From Antedon mediterranea (Eukaryota; Animalia; Echinodermata): a stretch of 64,000 bases of DNA. A program made the translations under genes and the position numbers. Under the pieces are notes generated by a model. That model saw only the letters and a program-made list of their open reading frames with translations, was not told the origin of the DNA and did not search any database. Positions 12,248 to 27,293 of the stretch are shown here, in pieces. Location of the stretch: positions 15,669,432 to 15,733,431 of the forward strand of contig NC_092679.1 of assembly GCF_964355755.1 (NCBI RefSeq), in the 5' to 3' direction. Each line of letters begins with the position of its first letter. The stretch's first letter is position 1.

Positions 12248-15200
12248 CTCCTCTTTCTTGTATGTAGGATGAATGCTCTGCATCAGTTCTTCAATCTTTA
12301 TCCGTCTAAATAATGCGCATAATAAACACAAAAGTAAAAGGAAGAGAAAAAAAATGAGTATGATTTATACAATATGTATTTTCATTGTTTAACTGTCTGA
12401 GATTTTGTATAAGTACTGACTTTCAGTTCAACAAAATTAAATGCATACATACATGATACATTAATAAAAATGTTGAAATTAGAAAGTACATTTTATATGA
12501 ACAGATGTGCAGGCGAGTGCTGAGGCATTGGGTTAGGAAATTGCATACTACTTTTTTTGTAGCTTCCAATAGTTAAAAAAAACAAGTCATCTATTTAATA
12601 GAGCATAGGAATATCTTGTTAAAAGCTTGCTTGGGATCTGTCCCAATTTTGTCTAACTAATAGATTAAATTCAGCTTTATTTAACCACCACCGAGGCCCA
12701 GGTCAATATGGTTGTTCCACTTTCTTATGACGTGTACTTATTCATGCCAAAACAAGCCTACAACCTTGATGTGGATTCAACATAACATTTTTAATAGTAA
12801 ATCTAGGCTACAGTACAAACAAAAACATAATGATTTTAAATGTTATAGCCTGTATATACGTCGATCGCATCAATTAAATGACATGCATACTCACTTAGCC
12901 TGCAGTCCACCTCCAGGGGGAAACTGGCCAATATCCTCTTCTTTAATGCCATGAAGAACATAAGGTATATCAACTTCTTCTTTATTTCCTGCATTGTCAA
13001 ATAGTTCTGAAAGAGACAAAAAAATAATCAAAAGGCTGTCTATGTAGATCTTTGTACATTTTTTACAAAGACAAGACAGACATCAGTGTTTCAATACACT
13101 AGCTATTGGGCATATCAGAAACACTATAAAGGTCTGTGGGATCAATTGATTAAAATGCCAAATATAGCATATGAAATACAACCAGTAACAACAACACATG
13201 CATGCTTACGATTTGTAGATGAAAGGCCTAGCCTAATGCTTGGTTCCCACTAGGAACACAAAGACATAACGCAACGTTAGTGTGTTGACCAATCATAAGT
13301 GATGTTGCTTGTCATTGGTCAACATGCTTGCGTTATGTTTACGTCCTTGTCCTTCCTTGTGGGAACCAATTTCTTTACTCCTGTATCTGCGTGGCAGCAT
13401 GTTAGGCATTGGACTGATCATGGAATTGAGAGTTTGAGACCAATGCTTGTCACATTGCTTGTGTCCTTTACTTATGTTTGCCTCTCTCCAACCAGGTGTA
13501 AATTATGTACCGGACCGTTGACGTAATAGCTAAGAGCGCTAACTGGCTCAACCCAGGGGAACCTGAGCAGTGTCCAGAGAAAAAAAACCGACATTAAAAT
13601 ATGTCGAAAAGGGCTAAAAATGCCGAGGTCTCTAGCGTTGGAGGGCCACTTAGGATTCCTAAACCAGGGGCCTTACACTTCTGCGTTACTATGCCACTGT
13701 ACCTGAAAGGGGCAAACACAATTGCGCCGATTACTACTACTACCTGCATAATTATGAGAGCTGAAAGATTGACTTTATTATTATAACTATAACCAAGACA
13801 ACATGCAATATATTAATATATATATAAATATAATATTAAGTAGGTAAAGGATTTGTCTTTTTAATTAGACTACAGTGTATGAGCTTGTAAATGTACATTT
13901 TTCTAGCCTAGATATATACATCTTGTACACAGTATTAGTATTAAACATGATGCCAAATAACTGCTCACATTGACAGACAGAATATCTGATTTTACATAAC
14001 TAAAGCTACAACAAGTAGTACTTTTATTTTTTCTATTTAATGTTAAATCATATATTTGCCAGTTCCCATGTTATTGTGCTGATGTTAAAGCATCACACTG
14101 CTTAACATTGACAACTAAATTGATGTAGAATGTATTTTTGTATTAAAATCTTCAAATTGACATTTAAAAAGTCATAATTGGAATTGCCTTCTAAAGCAGA
14201 ACATTGTAAAATGTAATTTATTTCAAACATAGACATACATTTTGTAAAAATAAGGATACATGGTCCTATACAAATTTTAATATTGAATGAATATTGAATT
14301 GCATACAAAAGCAAGAATTACAGTACAGTAATGTCTTGATATAACAGGTTATGATAATGATAATATTGGTTGACAATAATGTTGATATGGATGTGGTGGT
14401 GATAATGGCTGGACGATGACAATAATGTTGCTGTAATGTCGCAATGACAATTCTAAAAATAGTAGTGATAATGATATTGTTGTTAATTACAAGATTTCAA
14501 TTTATGATGATGATAAAGTTTATGAAAATGGTGATATACTGTGCAACATACACTAATTTTTTTTTTATCACAACAAGCACATTTGGAACGATTGAGGACA
14601 ACCACCGACATCACTTGATGCCAAAGTATAAATGTGTATAAAAGCAGCAACTATCTGAATAGGTTTAAGTAACATAGTATAAAACTGACTCCAAATAATG
14701 AGGCATCATTCCTGATGATGATGATCAAATAAAGATGGAAACGTTGAATCATGGTTTGCCTCTCATTATTTGGAGTCATTTTTATATTAAAGATGTACTG
14801 TCTCCCAAAAACCGAAAACAAATTTCACTTATAAAATGACAAAATAAATGGTTAAATTCAACCAACCAATTTCACTATTTTTTTTCTTAAAATCTTTAAA
14901 TTACAGTTTTTTTGGTAAATACATTTTCTTGTCGATCCAATTTTTTTGGTCAAAGTGGATAAATATTAGGTGACGTTAAAATGGCATATTAAAAAAAAAA
15001 ATGTGTAAGAATTATTTTTTCAGGGGGGGACAATACATCTTTAAACATAATCAGTTAAAATAGGTTTGTTAGACTTTTTTGGCTTCTCTAGTAACCAGCG
15101 TGTAACCTCACCTTTTATCTTTTTTTCTAACCATTCATCCAATTCTTTGTCTTTTTGAATAGCTTCTTCAGAGACTTCTGGGATAGCTTTTAGCGTTATT

Positions 15201-18200
15201 AATGTTATGCTCATGTTATCTCGGCTACCCTGTACAACAATACAATAACAATTTTAAATATTATATTATTAACATCATACATTATTTATAATTGTAACAA
15301 CATCTATCTTACCTTAGGAAAGAAGGTGTTAACAAATATAATACTGATATCGCAAGCGAGTGCTAATAGCTTTTCAGTAAATTACTTATTATCTTATAAT
15401 CATACATAATTACAGTCAATATTATTGTTTGTTTAAATTATTTATGTGTTGTTTTTCAAAATAGTATCATTTTTGTATATATTTTTTGTTGCTTATTTAT
15501 GAAATTTATTCTACAAAAAGTTATCATTTTTGTATATTTTATATAATTTGTTTATTTATGTGTTGTTTTTCAATAATTGTATAATTTTTGTATATATTTT
15601 TTGTTGCTTATTTATGAAATTTGTTTTACAAAATGTTATTGTTATCATTTTCGTATATATATTTCTTTGTTTATTTATGTAATTTATTTTACAAAATGTT
15701 ATCATTTTTGTAATTTGTAATACTGGCTAGCTTGCGAGTTATATAACTTTATTGTCTATTAAGTCCCAGACCTTATGTCTGTCAAATAAATGAATAACAT
15801 ATTGCTTGTACAATAAAAAAAATCACACTTTATAATCAAAATAATACAGTATAAATAGAGATACCTTCTACAGTATGTATATCAATGCAACCTGTTAATT
15901 CACCTACAGTATTAAGGGGACACCTTCGAAAAAACAAAGTGTTCCTTTAATACGGTTGACCCCTGAATAGAGGTTGACCAAAGTGTAAAAAAATCAAAAA
16001 TTAATATATTGCAGTTCATTTCACAGGGAGGTGTCCCCTTAATAGAGGTGTCCACTAAATATGGTTCCAAAGGAGAGGTTTTACTGTATCAAATAGAAAT
16101 GTGTTCCTTTCTTTTTACACAGCGAGTTCAATCAAATATCAACTGCTATAAGACTGGTTTAGTGTTGCGTGTGTGTAAGAGGCAATAAACATTAAGATAA
16201 GGATGAATCGGTCAGTGAACATGTTTTGTCCAGTTGAAACGGTCAAACATGTTTATAGCGCTGCAGTGGCTATTTCATTTAAATTGATCACCTGAATCGT
16301 AATAAAGTGGCCATTTTTAATGTAATCAACATATGAATTAAAAGTAACACATCAAAATATGAGATCTTTTTACTCTATTTTGCTGTTTTTGTGATGTTGT
16401 ACATCATTTTCATACTGTATAATTATAATCCTGTATGATTTTTCTCATTCTAACAGATTTTCTCATCTTTTTTATCATTTCCAATTACCATATATCCTCT
16501 GGTATAATCTCACCTTCCTAAAACACAACATTGGGCCTACTTTGGGGATAGTATAGCCAGATGAACCATTGTCGGACATAAAGTAGGGGAGGGATTACAC
16601 CAGAGGATATATAGAATTAATGTTCTATGCCGGATGTGTTTATATAATATAAACGAATACATTTATGGAAGTCTTTACCCTTAGGTCTGGATCTACAACT
16701 GTAGACCCAAAAAAATAGATACTGTAAGTAAGGCCAAAAGCAGGAGATAGTCAGCATAAAGGTCTCTGCCTTAAAAAGGTCAGTGGCCTGACTTTGATTG
16801 GGTTTAAGCCATTACCCTTAGGTCTATTTCCACTGTAGACCCAAAAAAATAGACGAGACCAAAAGCAGGATAGCAGCATAAAAGGTCAGTGGCCTGACTT
16901 TGATTGGGTTTAAGCCTTTACCCTTAGGTCTATTTCCACTGTAGACCCAAAAAAATAGACGAGACCAAAAGCAGGATAGCAGCATAAAAGGTCAGTGGCA
17001 CGACTTTGATTGGGTTTGTTTGACAATCAGTAACAATTGTCCTAGTACTGCACTTCCAAATTGCTACAAGTATTTCTAGATATTGCACAGTACTGTACAT
17101 TATTAATTATATCGGTAATAATATAGAAACAGGTTTTTATGATTCATATACAGTAATTCACAAGATTCTTAAAAGATTGGCCATAACGTGTCATTGACCT
17201 CTCAAATCAATGTCTTCCGTCTTCACAGTGCAATTCAGAATGTCTCATCACTATCAAATTCAGTTAAAAATTAACATAGCTTCTCTAAACTTAAGTGTTC
17301 TTAAGGATTTAGAAGACAAGCTGTAATTTCACGATGTAAAGCTTTGTATGTAAAGTGATGCAATGTCTTGCATTTATTATTTATAAAAATTTGAATTATA
17401 ATTATGTATGCTGCAATAACAAATAATAAATAAGAATAAATTTTTTTTTTAAATTCACTGAAGAATGAATGGGAGGGTGGGGAGGATTTGTCCCCTAAGG
17501 AGGGCTTCTTATATTGTTAAAAACGATACATTACCTTAAATAGGCATGTGTCTACAACTTGACTGCAGATGTCTTGAAGGTCATGAGAAATTTTAAGCCT
17601 ATCCAATATAAACTCACACGCATCCTCATTCTTCATGACATCCCAAATGCCGTCGCAAGCCAACACAATGAACTGGTCTTGGTCGCTGCGTTCCCGTACA
17701 GTTACTGTCGGTTCCGGAGACACCAGTTGTTCAATAGCTGGTTTATCGCGGACTAATTTATAATCGTAATCCCCCAATGCCCGGGAAACAGCCAGCGATC
17801 CGTTTACTCGTTGCAAGTAGACCTGACCGCCGGCTTTGACTATGCGCTCCATCTCTTCTGGATTTCCGGGCTTATGATCTTGAGTACTGTATACAGGCTC
17901 CCCATTTTGGCAGAGAACACCCCTAGAATCACCACAGTTAATGAAAAAGTAGTGCGTGGGAGAGATTAGTACACCTACAGCTGTAGAGCCACTTCTTTCG
18001 TTTCCGTGAACGGTTTCAGTCCAATTACAGATTTTCGCATCAATATTTAAAAATCCCGTCCTTATACCTTTTACAATGTTATCTATCGTTGGTTCTAGTT
18101 TTTCGACTTGTTGGTCAGTCCCTTTAAAATCGGAATTATTTAAAATTTCGTCCAATAGATTTTCGGCCGAATAACGCGCAACCTTCGGCCCCGCATGACC

Positions 18201-18380
18201 GTCAAAAATAGCAAAGAATGACCATTCATGCATGTTAAACGGTAAGCCGATTTTAACGGTGTGAGCATCCTCCATTTCCATACGCCATCCCTGCATACTA
18301 CTGATGCCGTACGAAAGACCGTTCCCGTTTCCGCTCATGTTTTCCTTCTCAGTTTTCGGCTTTTCTAAAAACGATCCCAT
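12248..18380 (-). CDS. PPM1B: Protein phosphatase 1A/1B-type (PP2C alpha/beta); exons 18380-17535, 15229-15112, 13006-12895, 12305-12248; C-terminus either by read-through to TGA at 12233-12235 or via a distal exon (8643-8509)
   Basis: [12 protein letters not shown] start, [59 protein letters not shown] and [10 protein letters not shown] of the PP2C C-terminal domain. Probably co-orthologous to vertebrate PPM1A/PPM1B/PPM1N. Confidence 0.95.
13238..13370. mobile_element. Palindromic MITE (GCTTGGTTCCCACTAG...GTGGGAACCA); partial relatives at ~3200-3327 and ~57500-57600
   Basis: Terminal and internal inverted repeats (ttgaccaatca / tcattggtcaa) shared by the copies. Confidence 0.6.
14676..14788 (+). 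ncRNA. Degenerate minimal type-I hammerhead ribozyme motif inside a ~30-bp inverted repeat (Penelope-like element remnant)
   Basis: ATTC-CTGATGA-tgatgatcaaataaagatg-GAAAC-GTT-GAAT at 14708-14749: stem I ATTC/GAAT, both core boxes, loopless palindromic stem III AACGTT; flanking arms tataaaactgactccaaataatgaggca / tgcctctcattatttggagtcatttttata. Confidence 0.5.
14791..15040. mobile_element. Non-autonomous TIR element with TTAA target duplication (Kolobok-like); second, 3'-truncated copy at ~45553-45856
   Basis: TTAA-AGATGTACTGTCTCCC ... GGGGGACAATACATCT-TTAA; internal sequence (aaataaatggttaaatt.aacca, aaattacagtttt, aaaatggcatatt) is shared with the second copy. Confidence 0.75.
15906..16088. 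mobile_element. Tc1/mariner-like MITE (TA-CAGT...ACTG-TA, ggggacac/gtgtcccct subrepeats); relatives at ~32546-32650, ~50783-50900, ~58414-58510
   Basis: tacagta...ttttactgta ends with internal aggggacac / gtgtccccttaatagaggt motifs recurring in four places. Confidence 0.6.
16488..16613. mobile_element. MITE with TATATCCTCTGGTATAATC TIRs; longer copy at ~19937-20218
   Basis: ccatatatcctctggtataatc ... gattacaccagaggatatatag in both copies. Confidence 0.7.
16675..17017. repeat. ~105-bp imperfect tandem repeat x3
   Basis: ttacccttaggtct...ctgtagacccaaaaaaataga...aaaggtcagtggcctgactttgattgggttt repeated. Confidence 0.85.
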
Positions 18381-19140
18381 ACTTACAAATTTGTTTGGGT
18401 TCTTCCTGAATTAATCTCACAATTTATTCAAACTGGTCTGTGTACATGTTCCAGGCTCTTATTCAGTGTTTTTTACATTCATACACACACGCACACTAAC
18501 GATTACCAATTATTCACAATGTTGCTGACAAGTTGCAACGATGAGGTCATCACATCCTGGTCTTCCGGATTTCACTGCAATGATAAAAAAAATGACCAGG
18601 AAGTTGTACAGTCATAGCCCAGATTTGCGTGCTGCAATTAGAACATTTATAGTAAATAACAATATAGGAAATTGGCCATAAGGAAACAATTTGAAATTTA
18701 AATAAAATCCAGAAAAAAAAAATTATTCAAATTTTAAATGGCAGTTCTGTATAAAATTTGCACAAATTCAACAAGTTTATTTTGTTTGCAAAAAAAGGAC
18801 AAATCTTTTAGAACAAATTTAAAAACAGTTTTTATTTATAAATAACTATTCCTATTTAAATTACATCATAAGTTTTCTATAGCTTAGAAATAAACACTTC
18901 TGAATGCTGCTAATCTTAATTGGATCAAGCTACTGTAACTCATTACATGTCAATAAAATAAGTGTGTTGAATAATACCATAAAGAACGAGTGTAAGTAAT
19001 TGAATAAACAAATTAATTTAAATGTTATACAAACACATGATGTAAATCATTATACAGACTTAACCCACTATGCACTCAAAAGAAAGCAATTATACTGAAT
19101 ACACTTCTACAGAAAAATGGGATACCATGTACAGACCTAA

Positions 19141-19349
19141 AGCAGGCCTTGTCTTTTATTAAGGCGAGCGAGAGCGATCACTCACCTAACACACTACTAA
19201 ACTGCCCTTGAGGAGTGCGATTTACAACACGCCTAAATTTGGTAAACTTCTGCACACCAAAATACAAACAGCACACCTACAGCACCCCTGAATGTATTGA
19301 GGAGTGCAATTTGTAGCACACCTACAATTTTCAAAAGACAAGGCCTGCT
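19141..19349. mobile_element. MITE with 17-bp perfect TIRs, abutting a copy of the AGCTCTGTCTACAC MITE
   Basis: agcaggccttgtctttt ... aaaagacaaggcctgct. Confidence 0.7.
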
Positions 19350-21407
19350 AAAGCTCTGTCTACACAAACTACAAATTAGTTTATAACAAGAAAAAGTGTG
19401 ATATGCCCCAAATATGGTAGTGATATGACATCATCATGTCCATATATGGGCACATCACATTTTTATGTCATAAAAAGTTTGATAGTGTAGAGTCCAGAGC
19501 TTTAACAATTACCAAAATTAGCAAAAATCAGGAAATGGGATTTAATACTCAGATTGCCGCTTGCATTAGTTACATACAAAAGTCTGGAGTTTGAACTAGG
19601 GGTGGAATTACTGTACTCAATCATACAGTACAGTATACGATATGACTATAAATACCAACTCCAGCAGTTGAGTGCAAGCAAACTAAAGTGGTTTTAGGAC
19701 TTACAGTAGAGCCTGTAATCTATGGATTACAGGTGCAACATATCATTTATTAAAGATTGGGAAGAATTTATAGAAAGAAGGAACAGTTTTTTTATATAAT
19801 CTAAAAAACATTTACAAAATATGTACTGTTGGCATTTGATGTATTAAAACAGTTTATTTGTTTACTAGCTTATTTAAGCTCAACATTGATTTATAAGGCT
19901 TTACTGTGCTTTAAAATTCATTTTAATCTCCTATTACCATATCCTCTGGTATGGTATAATCCCAACCCCCTAGAACACAAAAATTAGGCCAACTTTGAGG
20001 GAGTGGGACTATCCGGGAACCCATGGTAAAGAAAAAAATTGATTGGTAAGCATTTCTTATAAAAACTCATATGAACTGGCTAGAGAAAGGACCATATCCA
20101 GACCTACTGTAAAGTCAATACTGGGACTATATACCCGGGGATATGCTGTTTGTGAAATCAGACATAAGTAGAGGGTGGGATTAGACCAGAAGTTGGATTA
20201 TACCAGAGGATATATAGTATTGATTAATACTAAAGAAGGTTAAGAAAAGGGCCTTCAAATAAAACCCTTAGTTGCTGCAACTAGATCAATGTTTTAACTG
20301 ATGACTGATGAATTGTATCCTTGTATAGAGTTCTAGCAACACATCGTTTCAAAACCCTAATTACATTTTTTCCAGATACTGATATTCTTTTTTCAATATG
20401 AACAAGTTTACACAGCAAAGCACATTAAATAACATTTTGTGAGGCTGGTACTACTGTATTTGTCTGTGGGATCACTTTTAATTAGCTAGACCATACTTCT
20501 ATTTCAATACAAATTTTTGAAATTTTATAATTTTGAGACTCTTATTATTATTATTATTATTATTATTATAATTATTTAAATGTTTAATCCAAATCAAATA
20601 ATGTGCACTAACTAAGTTTGTCACTTTGTTTTAATGTCAACATAATGTGTGTGTTCATAAAACAAAAGAAATGGTAAAGTAAGGCACTATGTTGAATGAA
20701 CAAATTAGTACTGTAGGCCTACAGTAGGCTTAATAATATTAATTTATAAATTACAAATTTAATAATCAACTAATAAATCATAATGACTATATTTAATTTA
20801 TTGGTCGGTAGGGATGATTAAATGAATTGAAATTTTGCATATTTTTGTTCCAATTCATACTATTAGTATTACTAGGTATATATTGTTGCTGAAACAGTAT
20901 ATTTCGTAATCTTGGAAACACGAAAAGTGTTGTAAAAATAATTGAACAATACTCTGTAATTGTTCAAATAGGTATTCCATTTGTCGAGGGCAAACAAAGC
21001 AAAAAAAAGGTTGACCTGCAAACATTCAAACAAAATTACAAAAATACAATCAACATGTTATATTAAAGAAAATAAACAAACGAGGGAAAAATTGTGTGCA
21101 AGTACAGTTTGTATTTCAAAACATGATGTATTTAGGTTATGAAAGGAGTTTGCATTTCACACATTTTCAAGCCGATCTCTTCTATCTAGGCTAGCCTACT
21201 TGTAGTAGTAGTAGTAATGCCTGTCGAACACACAGGCGAGGCTGTTGGCACGCTATTTGCTCTGCATCGATTAGGCTTACAGAATGATTAAGCTATAAAT
21301 AGTATACCTAAAACAATTATTGTATCAAACTCTTACAAAACAATGTTCACAATTACAGTAACCCAGACCCTTACAACTTTACACTAAAAGGGGCTCAAAT
21401 TAATCAA

Positions 21408-21533
21408 ACTTACAGAAAACTAAAACACCTTCTCTTGGTCCCGAACGTTGAAGCAGTCCAAATTCGTTTTTACGCAATTTCATTGGCTAATCTTCATTTA
21501 GAAATACGTTATTGGTTAAAATAAATTACGTCA
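21408..21533 (-). promoter_or_regulatory. Putative PPM1 promoter and non-coding first exon
   Basis: Minus-strand GTAAGT donor at 21413-21408; upstream are two CCAAT boxes (21482-21486, 21511-21515) and a CRE/ATF-like TGACGTAA (21526-21533). Confidence 0.45.
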
Positions 21534-22410
21534 TCTTCTATTTCGAGACGTTCAAAAATAGATTTTCAGTGTGTTTTATCAATGGATGCTTTTAACAATA
21601 CAATAGGCTAATTTACAAAGGTTTTATAAGCTAGGTTTGGTTTTAGTTTCTGATATAACGGGAAAAAAAATAATGTAATGGCATCTGACCTTACCATGAC
21701 TCACCTTTATTGAGCTTCCACTTTTATCGAGTGTGTATGAGCTCAACTTCAGAACAAAAGAAAGTTGTTTTTGTGAATTTATTAATTCAGATATAATAAC
21801 CACTACACGTTAAACTGGCTGCCAGCCAGAGGTCTAATTTAAAGTAGGTCTGTCCATGTTGTTGCGGTTTTAGTATGTTGTTGATGCCCATTCCCTCTGG
21901 GGCTGATCTGAAATTTTGAAAATTAGAGGCGCAGGTCCCCCAGAAAATTGCACTTAGTATATGAAACAAAAAGTGTAAGCCTCCAGGACCAGCTCGACAT
22001 GGTTGGGGGTGGCGCTAAGAAATTTTGGAAAATAGAGCTGCTAGGTGCTCGGAAATTGCACTTATAGCCTACATTAATATATGAAACAAAATCTAACTGA
22101 TGAACCCAATGTCCTATTTACTTATTTTTGCATTGTAAATTTCAAAAGAGGGGTAGGGGAGAGAGAGATTGGAGCATACCGTTTATTTACTTAGAGATGG
22201 CCGGATTAAATGAAAAAAAGTGCCGCTTCGTTTTCAATGTTGGAGGGGGAGGGGAGGACACACAAAAAAATCGAGAACTTTCAAAAACAACTTATAACAG
22301 GGTTTCTGTCATGATGCTGATAACAGAAAAAAAAAACGGAGATTGTCGAAGTGTAACCTTTATCTACACAGGGAAGAGCAATTTCACTCTTCACTGATCA
22401 TAAGTCAAAT

Positions 22411-23540
22411 CGTCGTCGTCGTCAAAGCAAACTCTGATGATCAGAGCGTGGCTTCTCTAACGGTATTCTGAAACCATCTCCTGTTTTCTATTATCCTACT
22501 TGCTTGCTTCATAGAGCCAAACACATCTGTTATAGTCTTTTCCCATTGGCATCTTCGTCTTCCTCTTCTTCTCTTTCCTGGAATATAAGCCATTCTCTTC
22601 TCCATTTCATCTTGCCGCTTAATATGATCAAAATATCACAATTTCTGCTTTTAAACATACTGCAGCAACCAATCATTTGATACTCTAGGCTCTTTTCTTA
22701 TGCTATCATTTGTGCGATGTTGAGTCCATGGGACTCGCAAAGTCCTTCGGTAGCTTGCAGGCATGTGGCCACTGTAAAGACACATGCTTTGAGAATGCGC
22801 AACTTGGTCTTGTCTTTTCCACACCACAGGTTTTTTATCCTAGTGAGAGCAATTGCAATCCCATGGCCAATCTGCTTCTGATTTCTTTGGTGTTATCTCC
22901 ATCTCCTTGTATCCTGGCGCCAAGGTACATGAAATTGTCAACTTCCTCCAATGCGGATCCACTTATTTCTATGCTCTGCTTGTTTTCATTTGCCACTTGC
23001 AAAGAAACAGTCATGACTTTGGTCTTTTTCGCATTCATTTTTAGACAATGAGATATGCCTTCTTCATTCACTGAGTCAACAAATCTGCTGAGGCCAGGTC
23101 TTGACTTCGACATCAAGGCAGCATCGTCTGCATATCTTTAGGTCAAGAGTGTTCCCTCCAACGTGTAGCAGATAGTAACTTTCAGACCGTTCTTCTGTCA
23201 CGTCATAGCTTCTCGCATTAGGCCTATGTCTTCTGTAATGTTGAACAGAGCCGGAGAAAGAATGCAGCCCCGACGGACGGACGCCTTTCTTAATGGTAAA
23301 CCAATCTGTAGTTCCACACTCAAGCTGACTGCTGATTGCTGATCTTGATAAATATAATTTATCACATGTGCTGGAAACCCCATCTTCATCATGATGGACC
23401 AGAATTGGTTATTATTATCTTGCATTGTCAAAGGCTTTCGAGTAGTCTACAAAACAGATGAACAAATCTTGCTGCATTTCCAGATTTGCGAATCAGCATC
23501 TAAAGGTTGAAGATGTGATCACGAGTTCCACCCAAGCCAA
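22411..23540 (-). mobile_element. Decayed, 5'-truncated non-LTR retrotransposon (RTE-clade-like reverse transcriptase)
   Basis: Broken RT motifs on the minus strand: FICFVDYSKAFD, RRGCILSPALFN, RYADDAAL, LKMNAKKTKVM, VDNFMYLGARI..DGDNTKEIRSRLAMG; (GAC)n tail at 22411-22423; frameshifts and stops. Confidence 0.88.
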
Positions 23541-23551
23541 ATACAGAATAT

Positions 23552-24251
23552 ACAAGAAATATTTCTTACAAAAAACGCCGCTCGACATTTTAAAATTAAT
23601 CACTGTTCTTTCTTCATGTATTAAAAAGATGTCCTTTATTCGCAAAAATACATACAAATTAAAGATAGTTCTTTAATTATGAATCATATTATGCCCATTT
23701 TTTCACTAATTAATTGTAATATAAATACACAATTTTTAATAATTATTTATGGACATTTTCTTACCATGGAAATGTGTAACAAAAAAAATATGTTGGTTAA
23801 TCGCAAAAATACACACAATTTAACATAGCTATTTATTTATAAATCACATTATGCCCATTTTGGTGGGTGTTGGTAATCTGGTTGTATTTAATTCATTGAA
23901 TAATTGATATTTCTGCTAATTTTCAACAGCTTTTGAAAGAAGACAAGTGTACCTTTCCAACAATGTATTATTTGCCAACAAATATTAATCTACTTATTGA
24001 AGTTCAAAATTGACCATTTTTAAATGCCATTTTTTAATTAGTAGATTAATATTTGTTGGCAAAAAATACATTGTTGGAATGGTACACATGTCTTCTTTCA
24101 AATGCTGTTTATACTATTAACTAGTGAAAAAATGAGCATGTGATTCATAACTAAAGAACTATCTGTTTAATAATTAATCATAAATTAATCAAAAGAACAA
24201 TGATTAATGTTAAAATGTCGAGCGGCGTTTTTTGTAAGAAATATTTCTTGT
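23552..24251. mobile_element. ~700-bp foldback (long inverted repeat) non-autonomous DNA element
   Basis: acaagaaatatttcttacaaaaaacgccgctcgacattttaa at the left is the reverse complement of the right end; a second long internal palindrome lies at ~23925-24110. Confidence 0.8.
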
Positions 24252-24707
24252 TTTAACCTTGATTTTAATTTGTTTTTATTACAAATACAATACTTTGTTT
24301 TACAATGTGGAAGAACACCTTCTGGTTTGAACTAGTTTTTTACGTTGCAAAAATAAATATTAGGGCCTATTATTATTAAACTTCCGTGAATTCCTCCGTG
24401 GTCGACAGAAGTATTTGTTGTAACGTGATCTTTGGTATGTACCTACTTAAGGCATTCATCAAACATAATATAAATTTATAATGATCAAGACATTATTTAA
24501 ATAACATTAATAACGCTAAATGGGCGGCAATTGTAGGCATTATGTGTATACAAGCCACTTTGGACGACACAATTACGTTAGAGCTTCATTGTTTATCACT
24601 GGTTATATTGAACTTTATCGGATTTATCACAAAAGTCCAAAAGTTCAGCCTCAGATATAAAAGGCTTAAACGTATTTGTATTATTACTATCCTGAATATC
24701 TTTCAAA

Positions 24708-26623
<1,916 letters not shown>

Positions 26624-27092
26624 CTGATACGGCCTGGTGTGTTTGCTGTCAACAGAAATTTGCTTAATTACATATGAACAGAATCTTTATAATAAGTAGG
26701 GTAAAGGCGGCTGACAGCAAACATATAAGTGTCTTGTTTGGCTTTTACTTTCAATATACACCCTCTATAATTATCAATAATATAATATTTACTTATATCT
26801 ATTTGCTAAACATAGATAACATATTGATGTTAATTGTCTTTACGGTCTAATCAATGTCCGTCTATTCGTTATTTTACTAAAGTTCGCAAGAAAAAAACTG
26901 ACAATCTACAAAATGTTAAAAATGTCAATGCTGGTTTATGTCGCACTGGACACGTCCAATGAATGACGTCCCATCAATAGTTATTTAATACGATTAGCTG
27001 GTACCAAATCAGGGGCGCAGCCAGCAAAGAATTAAAGGTGGGGTCAACCAATATGTGAGTATTTTGCGAGCGAAGCGAGCAACCATGGGCTG

Positions 27093-27226
27093 GGGGCCAG
27101 GGGGCCGCCAAAGGCCCCCGTTTGGGGTCCAGGGGGCCAGGGGGCCGCCAAAGGCCCCCGTTTGGGGTCCAGGGGGCCAGGGGGCCGCCAAAGGCCCCCG
27201 TTTGGGGTCCAGGGGGCCAGGGGGCG
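27093..27226. repeat. 40-bp GC-rich subterminal tandem repeat x3 of the hAT element
   Basis: ggggccagggggccgccaaaggcccccgtttggggtccag repeated. Confidence 0.9.
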
Positions 27227-27293
27227 AAGCCCCCTGGAAGCTTTGGCGGTCTAGGGCAATCTAGATCATTTGAATCGGTTTACGCACACACAA

